Made by a program: the position numbers and the translations under genes
Shown here: positions 49,301-60,636 of the stretch, piece by piece
Position numbering within the stretch: position 1 is the first letter of the stretch
How the letters are laid out: the number at the start of each line of letters is the position of its first letter
Source: Raillietiella orientalis
Lineage: Eukaryota
DNA: 64,000 nucleotides
Assembly (NCBI GenBank): GCA_036172245.1
Contig: JAYWIR010000024.1
Span: 2,542,001-2,606,000 of the forward strand
Direction: 5' to 3'
Notes under the pieces: generated by a model
Seen by the model: the letters and a program-made list of their open reading frames with translations, nothing else
The model's database searches: none
What the model was told of the DNA's origin: nothing

Positions 49301-51049
49301 AAGCGGTTGGCTCTCTTCATCACAACGAAGATTTGAGAATTCACGAGGAGCATGCCAGCTGCTCCAGCAACGAATAAGAAGCCGGCGTAGCATCTGAAGC
49401 GTTCCGACCCAGTGATTGACTCTCCAGCGAGTTCCCACCGGAGACCTTTGGCTTCCGTCGCCCGGAGTGCTGAGCCAATATCCTGGCGCGCGCGAATCGG
49501 GCCTTGCGTTTTTCGAAACGCGGCTCAGCCGGGATGGCGCAGTGGGAAAACGGAATGCACGTAGCGGAAGACAGGAGGCGTACCGAAAGGCAAAGGAAGG
49601 ATCGAATCGCGACGCTGATGGAAACAACACACCACGCGACGTGATCCTTCAGATTCCCTGTTCCTTCCTTTCCTCCTGAATCTAAGGTCCGAGCAGGAAT
49701 GAAAAAAATGCCGCCATGGAAGAACGGCGGAGACTTGGAAGATTCCGGGTCCTCCTTCGAGCACGGCCAGCGCCTCACGGGAAGCAGGACAAGCCGCTCG
49801 TTTGTTCCTCTTCCGCTTCAACCCGACGGCAGAAAAGCAACCCAAAGACGACTTGAAATGAGGGAAAGGCTCTCGAAGGAGCCGCTGCCGTCAGCATGGA
49901 TCCTGGTGTGCCGCTGGGCGCGGAGCGCGCATTGGGGATGAAAAGATAGGTCGTTTCCATGGAAGGAACGGAGCGGTTCCCAACACGCTGTAGGATACCC
50001 ACCATAAAAGCGCATCCCTCCGCTAATTGGAAAATATTTCAGGTATGAGAAAGACGTCGTGTTGATCTGAATGTTGAGAAATGTGCTCACGGCAAATAAA
50101 GATGCGATTCCAAATTGCCTGAAATTCGATAAGGTGGAGTCGATTTCCCGCAAGAAGGTTCGGAGTGATTTAGAAGAGAATATTTCTCCTCCCGCGCCCG
50201 CTTCATGCTTTGGACCGCCGTCAATAAATAAATTAATACCCGATATCCGAGGGTAGGGAATCATCCGTTCTTGCACAACTCTTGTTTTGTGTTCCAGGAT
50301 CAAAGAGATGCGTGTTGTTCTGATTGCGTCACACAGAATGGAAGGAACCCGGTGTCGAAGAGAATTGGGTCCTTTGTGATCTCTCTCGCAGCGAGCAAGG
50401 CGCGAAGAAAACGCGCGCGCGCGCGCGCCATCTTACAGATCACGAGCTCCACCATCCGCCTTTTTGCTTTTTGAGCGCCTTCTTTGGTTCCAACTTTTTA
50501 TTTTTGTTTCTTTCACCTGACCTGCAAGAGGACTCCAACGGTTCATTTGGACTCGAGGCATTCGAAGGGTTTACCTGGAATCGTGGGGTTCCGTTCCCGC
50601 GCACCGGCGCTTCATTGGACAGGCCCGCCCTTCGCATTTCATTACGAGGGCAAGCGTAGGTGCACTCCCGCCCCTGCGTGCTTTTCCTGATCTCCGAACT
50701 TTCCAGATCAACGGTTCATTCTTCTTCCCATAACGAGGAAATCCAGTCGGAACCCACCAGAACGGACAGGTCACATCCTTACGTCGCGCGCAAATGTTTC
50801 CCAAGACTTTGTTGAGCGTGGGAACATTTGGCAGGAGCCCCTTGACCCGCCCGTCTACGTGTGTGTTGCGGTTTCGTGGCTCAGCGAGGATGCCACAGAA
50901 CGATGGGCGAACACCCGGGGGCGCAGAACGAGGTGGCGGTCGTGCCGAATTGGATCACCTGTCCGGCGTCGAATTTTCTTCCGAGCCAACGGGCGCGCGC
51001 GCGCGCGCGCGCTGTCCTCAGAAGAGAAATGACGTCACATTTACTCTGG

Positions 51050-51650
51050 GCTTTGAGCACACGGTTCCTACCGGCTTCAAAGCTCTGCTTTCGCTGTTTT
51101 TGGAAAGAGAGAATCGAAATTCAAGAGAGCGGGCGCTGGGATGCTTGGAAACGGAAGAAAGGAGCTGGGCATCTGCAGACCGCCGCAGGTCTCCGGGAAT
51201 GCGGAACCACCTTCTTCCCGAAACGCCCTGTACGCATAGGCGAATCTCGTGCGGATTCGAAAGACAAGAAAATGCGTCGAAAGTGTGCGGAGGCTGGCGC
51301 GGAATGAGAATCTGCTGCTGGCGCTTGCATTCAGCCGGCGCGGAGCTCTTGCCGTGGGTGGGGGTGGCATGCGGACGGAGCGCGCCAGGTTTCGAAGCGC
51401 GGTTCCCGGGCAACGGATCGCCTGGCGCTGCAATCCGAAGCATCCCAATTTTCGCCCCATCATCGAAAAAGCCGTCTTGTCCCCTTTCTCACGAGGATTC
51501 GCCTGCAAGTCGACCTGTCTTGATCTTGATCCCACTTTTCCACGCGAACCCAAGGGGAAGAACTCTGGACAGTGAGCTGACCCGGCAGCTTTGGACGCGT
51601 GTTCTCGGCAGCGCTCACGTGGGCTGCAAAGAAGAGAGGTGCGGCGGGAG
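51050..51650 (+). mobile_element. Possible Tc1/mariner-superfamily relic
   Basis: KVCGGWRG (V.VW.G), FPGNGSP (FQQDG.P), PASRP/DLDPTF (P.RSPDL.P.DF), in order. Confidence 0.28.
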
Positions 51651-54600
51651 GCGTCAGGGTAGAGAAGGCAAGGTGTCGCAGCTAAAGGAACCCTTCGTTT
51701 ATAACTCCCGCGCTGGAAGTCGGGCCAGGAGGTCGCACCGCCAGATTGAGACATGCAGTTGCCTCCCCCCCCCTTTCCCCCCGCCAAGTGTGAAGATCGT
51801 AATGGTCTTTATTGCCAGCCATTTGATGTTTATAACGTTCTGTCCTGATGAAGAACCGCTTGTTATTTACAGCACTTAAGATGCAGTCCCAGCGCGCAAG
51901 CCTCCTCAAAGGAGAGGTCCGGACTCCCAGGCGCTGCTCGGTCGCGCAGGAAGGGCCGTCTCCTTTACGAACCGGCTTGTTTGCTCGGACGTGATTGCCC
52001 TCCTGCATGTGAGCCCCGGTCTGGCGAAGTGGGCAGAACCCGACGCGCGACGGCGGCTCTCTTTCCCTTGAGCTGCAAGAACGGCTCAACGCCCGATCGT
52101 CGGGTCCTCCTCGTCGATCTTCGCGGAAACCGCGGAGGACGGAAAGAGGCGGTCGGGAGGGGAACGGAGAGTGCGAACGCCCGCTGGAGATGCTGGACCC
52201 GGTGGTCGGCGAAGAAGCGCGCGCGCGCAACGAGGAGCGACCAGGCGCTCCGCGATCCGAGACAAAGACGAGATGGTCGCCATTCCGAAAGATCCCCAAC
52301 AGCACTCGCGGAACCGCTGCTCCTCTCCGCCGAGTAGGCCGGCCGTCTTTCAAATCTGCTGAAAATAATGGAGTGCCCGAAAAAGCTGCGCGCGTAAATA
52401 CAGATGTTTTCATTCATAAATTATCATCTCGAAGAACGAAAAGTAGTCCTAATCGAACTGCAATTACATCCACAGCGACAGCAAATATTGAAGGAATGGA
52501 CTTCGGGAGGGATGCGTTTTCTTCCCCGCCCGCCGTCGACCGTTCTTCCGTGACTCCGGAACGCAGCTTGAGCGGTCGCCCGAGATGAAGCGAGCGGAGA
52601 GGTCCTTTTCAGAAGTCCTTGTGTGCTGGGCTCTTTCCCCGGCAACCGCCCGTCCATCCACCCGGTCGCGGCGGGGGGACAGCGGTACTCTTGCTGGACC
52701 TCGCGCGTTGCCCGCTCCCCATTCATCGCACCGGCGCGCTTCCTCCTCCCGTTGCGGTGCGCCGAGAGAAACGCATCTCTCCTCGTCCCACCCGCGGAAA
52801 GATGCGCAGCGCGCGAGAGAGGCTGCTGCCGGTGGTGTGTGCACTCGCTCACGCACGCGGCGAGCGTTCGTGTGCCCACCGCGTGCGGATGCTGTCCGCC
52901 GTGGCAGCCTCCGGGATTTCTCCTTCTTCTGCTTTTTTTTTTTTTCCAAACAGGTTCCGTGAACCGTGGCGGATCGTAGCATCCCTTATGAAATAATCGC
53001 CTGGAAATGTTTACCGAGCCCAAGTGATCTGCATGCAAGGGCAATTGCATGAAAATAATTAGTTTCCATGGGTGAGTCTCCCGTGTGCAGAAGAACGAAT
53101 AAACCAACGGTCTTTCGGGATAAACACGGATCCGTCGTCATTACACGTGTGCGGGGCCATGATGCAGATGAGGAAGATTTCGCGGAAATCATGCTCTGAA
53201 TGCTGCACAAGGAGCAATTCCTCGCTAATAACAGGTTCGAGTACTCGGGCCGTACAAGAATAATTGTTGGAGCACTTGGCCAGCGTGCAAATGGACGCGC
53301 GTTTACGGGCGAGCCCTCAACTCGGCCGAGTCCCCGTCCATCCACCACCACCCCACCCCGGTAATCCTGGAAGGAAGGGGGGGTCCGCAAATCCGGAGTC
53401 TGGATGATAAGTTGCTGGGCGAGGCGTCCTTCCAGGAGGTGGGGCGGCCTCCCTGGCCCGGCGGCGGACGACGGGTTCTCACCGGCGCAGTTTCCGACCA
53501 GGGAAAGCTCTCCTGGGAATCTGGGAACGAGGTCGGCGCTTGCTTGCACGAGCCCGCTGGCTGTCGAGCTGGTGCCAGCGCCGGTGGCACCGACTCGAGG
53601 GGCTCCGCAACTGCGGAGGAAGACCTCGGAGTCGAACGGGCAGCTCTCGCCGGCGCGCTTCAAAGACCTCCTTCCCGCGCGCGAGAGCGCGCGCCGGAGC
53701 GTGTGATCCGATCGTCGTGGCAACTGTCTGCACATCACCTGTCCAGGAGAAAGGGAGGCGGTCCCACACTTCGGGAAGACAGTCCAGAACGAACTCCGTT
53801 TATTTTTTTCATTTTTTTTCTCTTTGGTGCGCGCGCACGCGCGTGTGTTTTTCCTCCGATGCGTTTTATCGCCTGGCAAGAAAACAAACGGACCTGGCTG
53901 CGTGCAGATCGAGCGCCAACGGTACACGCACAATGGCGGGAATCGTAAAAGCGGGACGGGGGGAGAGGGAGGGGAAGGAACGACGCGGCCTTCCCCGCGC
54001 TTCCACCTTCGGGACGAACCCGGGGCTCAGACCCGTCGGAAGAACCCAGAAAAGGGATGAAACATGGACCGGTTTAAACAAACGTTTGCATAGGAGGATG
54101 GACCGCGATCCTCCGCCCCACCAGATGAAACGCCCCCCGGCAGCAAAAGCTTTGCCGCTGCATCCTGTCCGTCTGATAACTCAGTCGCCTGCACGGTTTT
54201 GTTTATTTAGCAGCTCGTAAACCGCGGGAGGATTCAGTACGGACCGGGCGAAGAAAAGAGCGGCCTCATCACCTCAGACGCCTCGTTTCTTCAGCTTCTT
54301 TGTCATGGGCAATAAAAGGCGTACGTACGGCCGCGGGCCTGTGGATGATGCGGCCACTCGCGATTGTTCGGCCGGATTTATTTGACGTCTCTTCCTCGGA
54401 CCTGCCCCCGCGATGAGATGACTTGATAAAAATGGGCGCCAGGAAACGGCGCGCGCCTTCGAGAGAGAGCCTGCGACGCAGCAGCAGCAGAGCTGCCAGA
54501 CTCTTTGGACGAGGGGTCCGGGGGCGCGAACAGGAAGAGGAGGGGGAGGCGAACCAGGAGGCTCTCGTAGCACGCAGGCCGGCCTTACACGTGCCATGGG

Positions 54601-56199
54601 GCACCGAGGTGCTTCGAGGATGGCCGTGATAGCGCCAGGCGGCAGGCAGGCAAGGGCCGGAGTCCTTCCAGCAGAAACGGATGGCGTCCACGCGAAAGAG
54701 AGACTGTTCTGGATGCTCCAGGACACGGGCAGCTGCGAATAGCAACTGCGTCTTCTCTTAAGTTCTTCCAGGGAAGGGGGCGCCATCAGCCACCCTTTCC
54801 TTTCTCGACCTCTCCCAGGGAACCCACATATCGATGCATCCAAAACAGGCGAGACTGTTCGGTTGAACCCGCTGCCTGTCCCATCCTTTCCTGCCTCTTC
54901 CCTTTTTTTTTTTTTTCAAGGTTTGCAAAAAGCCTTGAGTTCTGTGATAGTCTCTAGGATGCAAGGGAAGTTGATCTTTCAGTTTCTACCAGCATACCTC
55001 CAGAATAAAGATCCTCTGGATGAGAGCGTCCTTTTTCCAGAATGCTGGGTCAGAGGCGAGGGAGGCATGGGAAGCGAGGCTCGGACGACACAGAACTGGT
55101 CCAGCACCTGTTCTGTGTTGCAGCATCGTGTCCCATCTGGCCCATGCCTCTGCCTCCCTCAGCAGGCAGCTCAAAGAAAGCAGCGAACCAAGGGATCCCT
55201 CTTGAACCACATCCTGCTCCTCCTTTGCCCCTGCCGAAGATGTGCTCATTCCCTTTCGTGGTTGCCTCCGGCATCTCCAGTAGGCAACCTTTCTTTCCAG
55301 GAGGGTCTGCTGATCGATACCCTCTTAGCTGGGGGCGCCGCCGCGACGAGCCCCCAGCACTTTGGCACTGGAGAAGAAGACGGAGGCGTGTAGCAGGGGA
55401 ACCGAAATCTGGCGCCGTGCTTTGGTTCCGTCGGCGCGCGGTCAGCGGCGGGGTGTCTGCAGAACAAGAAGCCGAGAACCGGGATGCGCGGTTTCCAGAC
55501 AACCGAGTGGGCGTGTGGCGTGCTGTCGAAGAGTGCTGGCTGGGAGAGAAAAGATGAGAGCTCGCCTTTACCTTCTCTTCTCTCTTGACCCATTTCTCCT
55601 TCCTTCTCCTCCTAATCCGACGGGAGAGAAAGGGGATGCTTGGATCCGGGTGGCTGGCATGAAGCGCGCGATATCCGCAGCATCCAGCAGCAAACCTCGG
55701 TCTCACCATGTCTCACCATGCGAGGTAGCCACGCCGAAACCCAGCACCCTTGACGACGACGCTCTTTGCGCGGCTGCGGCCTTCCCGGTAGTGATGGCTC
55801 GCCTGAGTCCCTGGAGTTGGGCGGAGGTCGCGGCGTTCCACGAGCCTCGCGTGGGAGGCAAGAAAGGAAAAAGAGGAAAGGAATCAGCACAAAAGAGCAA
55901 GGAGCGGAAGAAGCGAATCTGGAGGAACCTGCACCCTCGAAAGCTTCTGGCCAAGTCGGCGCTGCCGTGACGACCGCGGGATCCGTGTCGCCGGACCTCT
56001 CGGCGGAACATCCCACCTATCTAGATGAAAACACACACTCGCCCTCGCGCATGCACGCACGCACGCACGCGAAAAAAAAAATAAAGGAAAAATCCAATGC
56101 GCTCGGTCAAGAGTTGTGCAGCATCCAGCTGTCAAATAATTGGATTCGAATGCCTAGAGCGCCTTCGGGCGGCGCTCCCTTGCCGGCGCTCCGCACACC

Positions 56200-56400
56200 T
56201 TTCATCTGACCGGGCAGCAACAACGTAATTACACCTTTGTTTGGTCAGGTTCCTTTTCCTTGCTACATATAGAGCTGCTCCACTTATTTTCCTCCTCCGC
56301 GCTAATTTGATCTGCTTAAACGCCTCGTCTCTGATGGACGGAGGAGCGGAGCGGAGAAAGAAAGGAAAAGCGCCGTCTCTGCTAATTATTTTGCGTGGAA
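56200..56400. promoter_or_regulatory. Candidate enhancer island
   Basis: GTAATTAC, CCTTTGTT (Sox/TCF-like), CTAATTTG and CTAATTAT in sequence with no TE motifs. Confidence 0.35.
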
Positions 56401-57749
56401 GCTGTCTCCTCGGATTCCGAGGATCCGTTTCCCCCCCCGCGCCGAACGGGAAGGAAAGAGAGAGGAGGCCCCCCACGCGGAGAGGGTTCTCCGAGAGGTA
56501 CCCGAAGGCGACCGTGTTGCGAGAGGCGAACCCTCGTGTCAATCGCTCCGTGCCTAGTCCTGGGTGGCGCTATCGGGACAAGTCTCGGACGTGCGACGGC
56601 AAAGGAAGAGGAAGGAGGGAGGAAGAAGGAAGTCTGGAAGGAGGCCTGGCCATTCGATCTGTCCCTCCTGCATGGAAAGTTCTCAACCCTCTCCCTTGGA
56701 AAACCGAAAGCGGGCGCGCTCCTGTGGCACTCTGGGGAAACGGGAGGGAAAGGTTTCGCCTGCACGTCTTGTAGTTGTCTGCCTCTCGAGAAGAAGCTGT
56801 CGACAGCGCGAGCACGCACCAACCATGCTGCGAAACCGGTCCCCTCTCTTCCCCCCTTCCTTCTTCGGTCGCATGCCAGGATCTTTCGCTTTCCCTTTGT
56901 CTCTTTCCGATTCCGTGGGCGGAGAGGGCTTCCGTGATGATTGCGACTATTGTGGCAACGTGGAGGCTCTCGACAGAGACCGCCGAACTCAGACGAGAGC
57001 GGAGGTGAAGAATGTAAACACGCGCGGCTGGAGGTGGCTCCACGAAGAGGCGGCGGACGCGCTCGTAGACGAGGCCGTGGATCGGAGGGCAGGTAGGCAG
57101 GAGGCACCCCACTTCGACCCCTTCCAAAGGAACAGCAGCCGAAGAGGACTCCTCTTTCTCAGCTTTTCTCCCCCGGACCTGTCCTTTGGGAAAAGCTGCT
57201 CCTGGACGTCCTTCCTCCAGCTCTCCTCGGGCAAAGCTCTGCCCCCACTCCTTCTCTCCCCCATTTCTCCTCCCGATGCGTTTTCGAGCTGCCCCTGCAC
57301 TGCTCCAATCCCCATCCTAGAGCTCCTTCCCTTCGGATCACCTCGGAGCGCCCCCCCTGAGAGCGACTCTCGGTTTCTTTGGTTTCTGCGCGCGTGCACA
57401 TGGGGTTCCCTTACCTTTGTGACCTCGGTACTCACCCTGCTGGTGAGCACGATCCCAGGACCTCTCCAAGGCCTGTTTCCGCACACCTCAGCTCCGACAC
57501 TGCCGCTCCTCCGTCGAGGAACACAAGCGACCTTGGCGATCTCGCTCGTTTTAGGCGCTCGCTGAGCGGGCAGCGCTGCTCTTGGGCGGTCCGGCTACAT
57601 CCATAATAGCCGGCGGATCGCTTCCCAGAATCCGTCGCAGCGCCACCCCTCTCCCGCAGGGACCTCAGAAGCCGACAGACGTCCGAATAAGCGCAGTCTG
57701 GAACCGAAGAGCGAGAGAACGCGACAGCGGAGGACGTCGGCCCTCGTTC

Positions 57750-58330
57750 CACGCCCTCACAGCGCGAACGGCTTCAGCGGCTCAAACGCGTCCCTACTGG
57801 ATCACGCGGTTCCTAGAGAAGGTATACGAGGGTCGATGGGATGACTTCACTGCGGATGGTGGGACGCGGGGATGCTGGGAGACACCGCCCTGCACTATTT
57901 TCCGGAACGCGCCATCCCGCCCGTCCCCATCCTACGGCAGTCCCCCTACCCTGCTCCTGCTTTTCCTTCCCGCCCACCTGCCCCTTTCTGGAGTGGCGCT
58001 GGGAGATCTCAGCAACGCGTCTCCTTCTACACAGCATCCTCAAGCGAGGAAGACGCAGCGTGGAATCCATCAGACAAGAGTCCCACCTACCCATCCTCCT
58101 CTTTGTGCTGCGTCAGCGCTGCGATCGACTGCTCTACTAGCCGCGGGAGGACACGCGTGCTCATGGAAACTCCCGTTCCGATGTCTCCAGAATCACGGAG
58201 GGGAGAGGCAGGTGAACAAATTCGCCAGGAGGCGCTGATGCAGCGAGGGTGCTCTTGGACCAGTATGCAGACGCCCCTCGCTAGGTGGCTGCTCCCTGGC
58301 GAATTTTCGCTCCCGCCTCTTCGTCGCGTC
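57750..58330 (+). mobile_element. L1-like linker/RT fragment
   Basis: RFLEKVY (F..LY) and VLLDQYAD (LDQ.KAFD). Confidence 0.3.
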
Positions 58331-59399
58331 TGCCGTCCCTGCCCGGGCTGAGAAGAAGGGGGGCGAGGGAGGAGGCAGACAAGCAAGAGAATGGGCGAGG
58401 CGGAGCTCTCAAAGGCTTGCTCCGTGCGCATTGCCGCGGGCCGATCCATCCCGCCTATTCTGTTGCTTGCCTGCCCTCCCTCCTTCCCCTCCTACCCGGT
58501 GACGTTTGGTCCCTTTCGTTTCGGATAAGCACGCGTGCGGGTCTTTGCCGCCCCCACTACGAGAAATTCCCCCGCTCGGTCATTTCGAAGCGATCCGGGA
58601 TGGGAAGGGACGCAAGGGTTGAGCTCCCGCGTCCGGCGCACCAAGTAAGGCCGGCAGGTCGATCCCGGATCGATCCCGCGCGAGACCGTTGAGCCGCGGA
58701 CGAACACGGCGCCCCGCGGAAGGGGACGAGGTGGGGAAGGGGGGAGGGGAGGGGAGAATGGAAGAGGATCGGAGAGAAAGAAGCCCCGGGCAAGAACTCG
58801 CCTCCGTCGCCCCGCAGGAACTCATCGGCCCGGACCTGCTCCTCCTCAATACAAGCGAAAGCACTTAACAGACTGCCCTTTTGTCATCGGCGAGTCACCG
58901 TCGAGCAGAGCGGGTAGGGGGGCACCGGGCGTGAAAGGAATCGAACTCTGGGCAATGACGAATGCGCCGCCATTATCATCCCAGCATATGCATGCGAAAA
59001 CGGAATTAGGTATGCTGGCGGGACCCACACTCACCCTCCGAGATCTTCTGTGGCGCGCGCGCTAGAGCAATTACCCCTTTTTCTGGCAGGGGCTCTTCCC
59101 TCCCCCCCCCCCCTTCTCCGCCCTCCTGCGCGCGCGCGCGCGCGCTCAATCCGACCGGAGGGGGTGCGGTTCCTCTCCCCATCCGCGCGCGCATAGCGGG
59201 AAGATACAAATGAGATCAATCCTCGAAAATGCGATTTCATTGTTCCGAGCAGCCGGGATGCATCCGTTCTTCCCTCTCTCTCTCCTCCTCCTCTCCCCTT
59301 CTCCCCCGATTCGACGCGGAAGGCTTTTTCCTCCCTCCGTTGCTCCCGTGCTCACGCGCCGTGACTCTCGGGAAGCTCGCGCGCGAGGGACCACGGAGG

Positions 59400-59400
<1 letters not shown>

Positions 59401-59434
<34 letters not shown>
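59401..59434. repeat. (CGG)11 trinucleotide repeat
   Basis: Pure CGG run. Confidence 0.95.
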
Positions 59435-59435
<1 letters not shown>

Positions 59436-59579
59436 TGCAATCCGGCTTGCCGGGTCCTCCCTCCTCCTCCTCTTCCTCCTCCTCCCCCCCTTCATTACCG
59501 CTGCCTCCGCCGCGCGCGTTTCCGTCAATGGCGGGCGCGCGCGCGCGCGGTCCGGACGAGTGTGTCGTGCGCGAGAGGA

Positions 59580-59760
59580 AACGCATTCATGTGTCGTGTA
59601 TAATTTCACAATAATCGGGGATCGCATGAATGTCCGACGCTGACGAGTAGGGCTTTGTCGAGTAACCCATTAGAGCATAAATGGCACCAGGCAACAGCAT
59701 CTTATAATGGTCGGATTGCAGCTGCGAAAATGATGAATGCGCTTTTGATAAACTCACCCT
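59580..59760. promoter_or_regulatory. Candidate enhancer island inside a CpG-island-like block
   Basis: AT-rich core (TAATTT, CCATTAG, CATAAAT, TATAATGG, CAGCTG, TGATAAA) bracketed by (CG)n runs. Confidence 0.45.
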
Positions 59761-60636
59761 GCGTGCCTCGGCCGGAGCAGCGCCCTGCGCGCGCGCGCGC
59801 GCCCTTCTCGGAGGAGGCCGGGGGAGGGAGGCAGAGGGGCCGAGGCGTGGAAGCCGCGGAAGAGGAGGACGCGCGCCGCTCGAGACGTGGGAGCGTATCG
59901 ATGGCAACGGGCGAGCCCCCGGCCTCCGATGGAGATCACCTTTCGAGTCAGGGAGACCCACAGGCGATTCATCTTTTCCTCGTCCGAACACAGGACGGGT
60001 CGGTAGCGTGATCGTCCGGCTCGGGAGAGGGAGAGGAAAAGGGGGAGGAGGAAGGAGCCCTGGAGAGGGATGCGCCCCGCTGACTCGACCCCCTGCCTGA
60101 GCGCGCGCGCAGCTTCCCTCGGGGCCGGAGCGGGCGATTCCGGAATTTCGCAACGTCCCGCCGCCGAAGAGGACTCGGCGCGGATCCTCTTCCGAGAGTC
60201 TGACCAGAGTCCTGGAAAGCATCCGCGGGGATGCTCCCAGGGTGACCTGAGGTGGAGCGGATCGAGGGGGTCCACCAGGAGTTCGGGGAGGACCCCTCTC
60301 GCGGCTTGCGGCTGCTTCCTCGGTGGTCAGATTGATGATGACGCAGAGGGCAGGGGAGAGGCCAGTCACCCGCGTGTTCCGTGCGTGCGTTCCAGCTCGG
60401 ATTGGCTCGGATGGTCATCGCCGATCATTTTCCGGCTCTCCGGATTCCCGACCGTTCGAATGTCTCCCCCTCCCCCCCTACCGCGCCTTCTCTTCCTTCC
60501 AGAACTTTTCTGAGAACCCCGGCACTGCCAACGTGCAGCGCCTCAACGCCAGGGGCGACCGCAGCAGCTCAGCGTCATCCGGGCGGCTGCTGCTGCCCTC
60601 TCGTTCAAGCGAGGGTCATCCAGAGCCGCTTGATTT

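Noticed and set aside
1095..51860. CTGATGA hammerhead-core motifs (about 1095, 1145, 7763, 39881, 42575, 48550, 51845; minus strand at 45481)
   Set aside because: None has a stem II followed by GAAA and a matching stem III.
29020..53245. GGTTCGA B-box-like words (about 29020, 32071, 35638, 53235)
   Set aside because: No properly spaced A-box or cloverleaf seen; no tRNA or SINE called.
54900..55250. Possible additional LINE 3' end with A-tail on minus
   Set aside because: Cys motif too degenerate to assign; A/T runs are common in this window.
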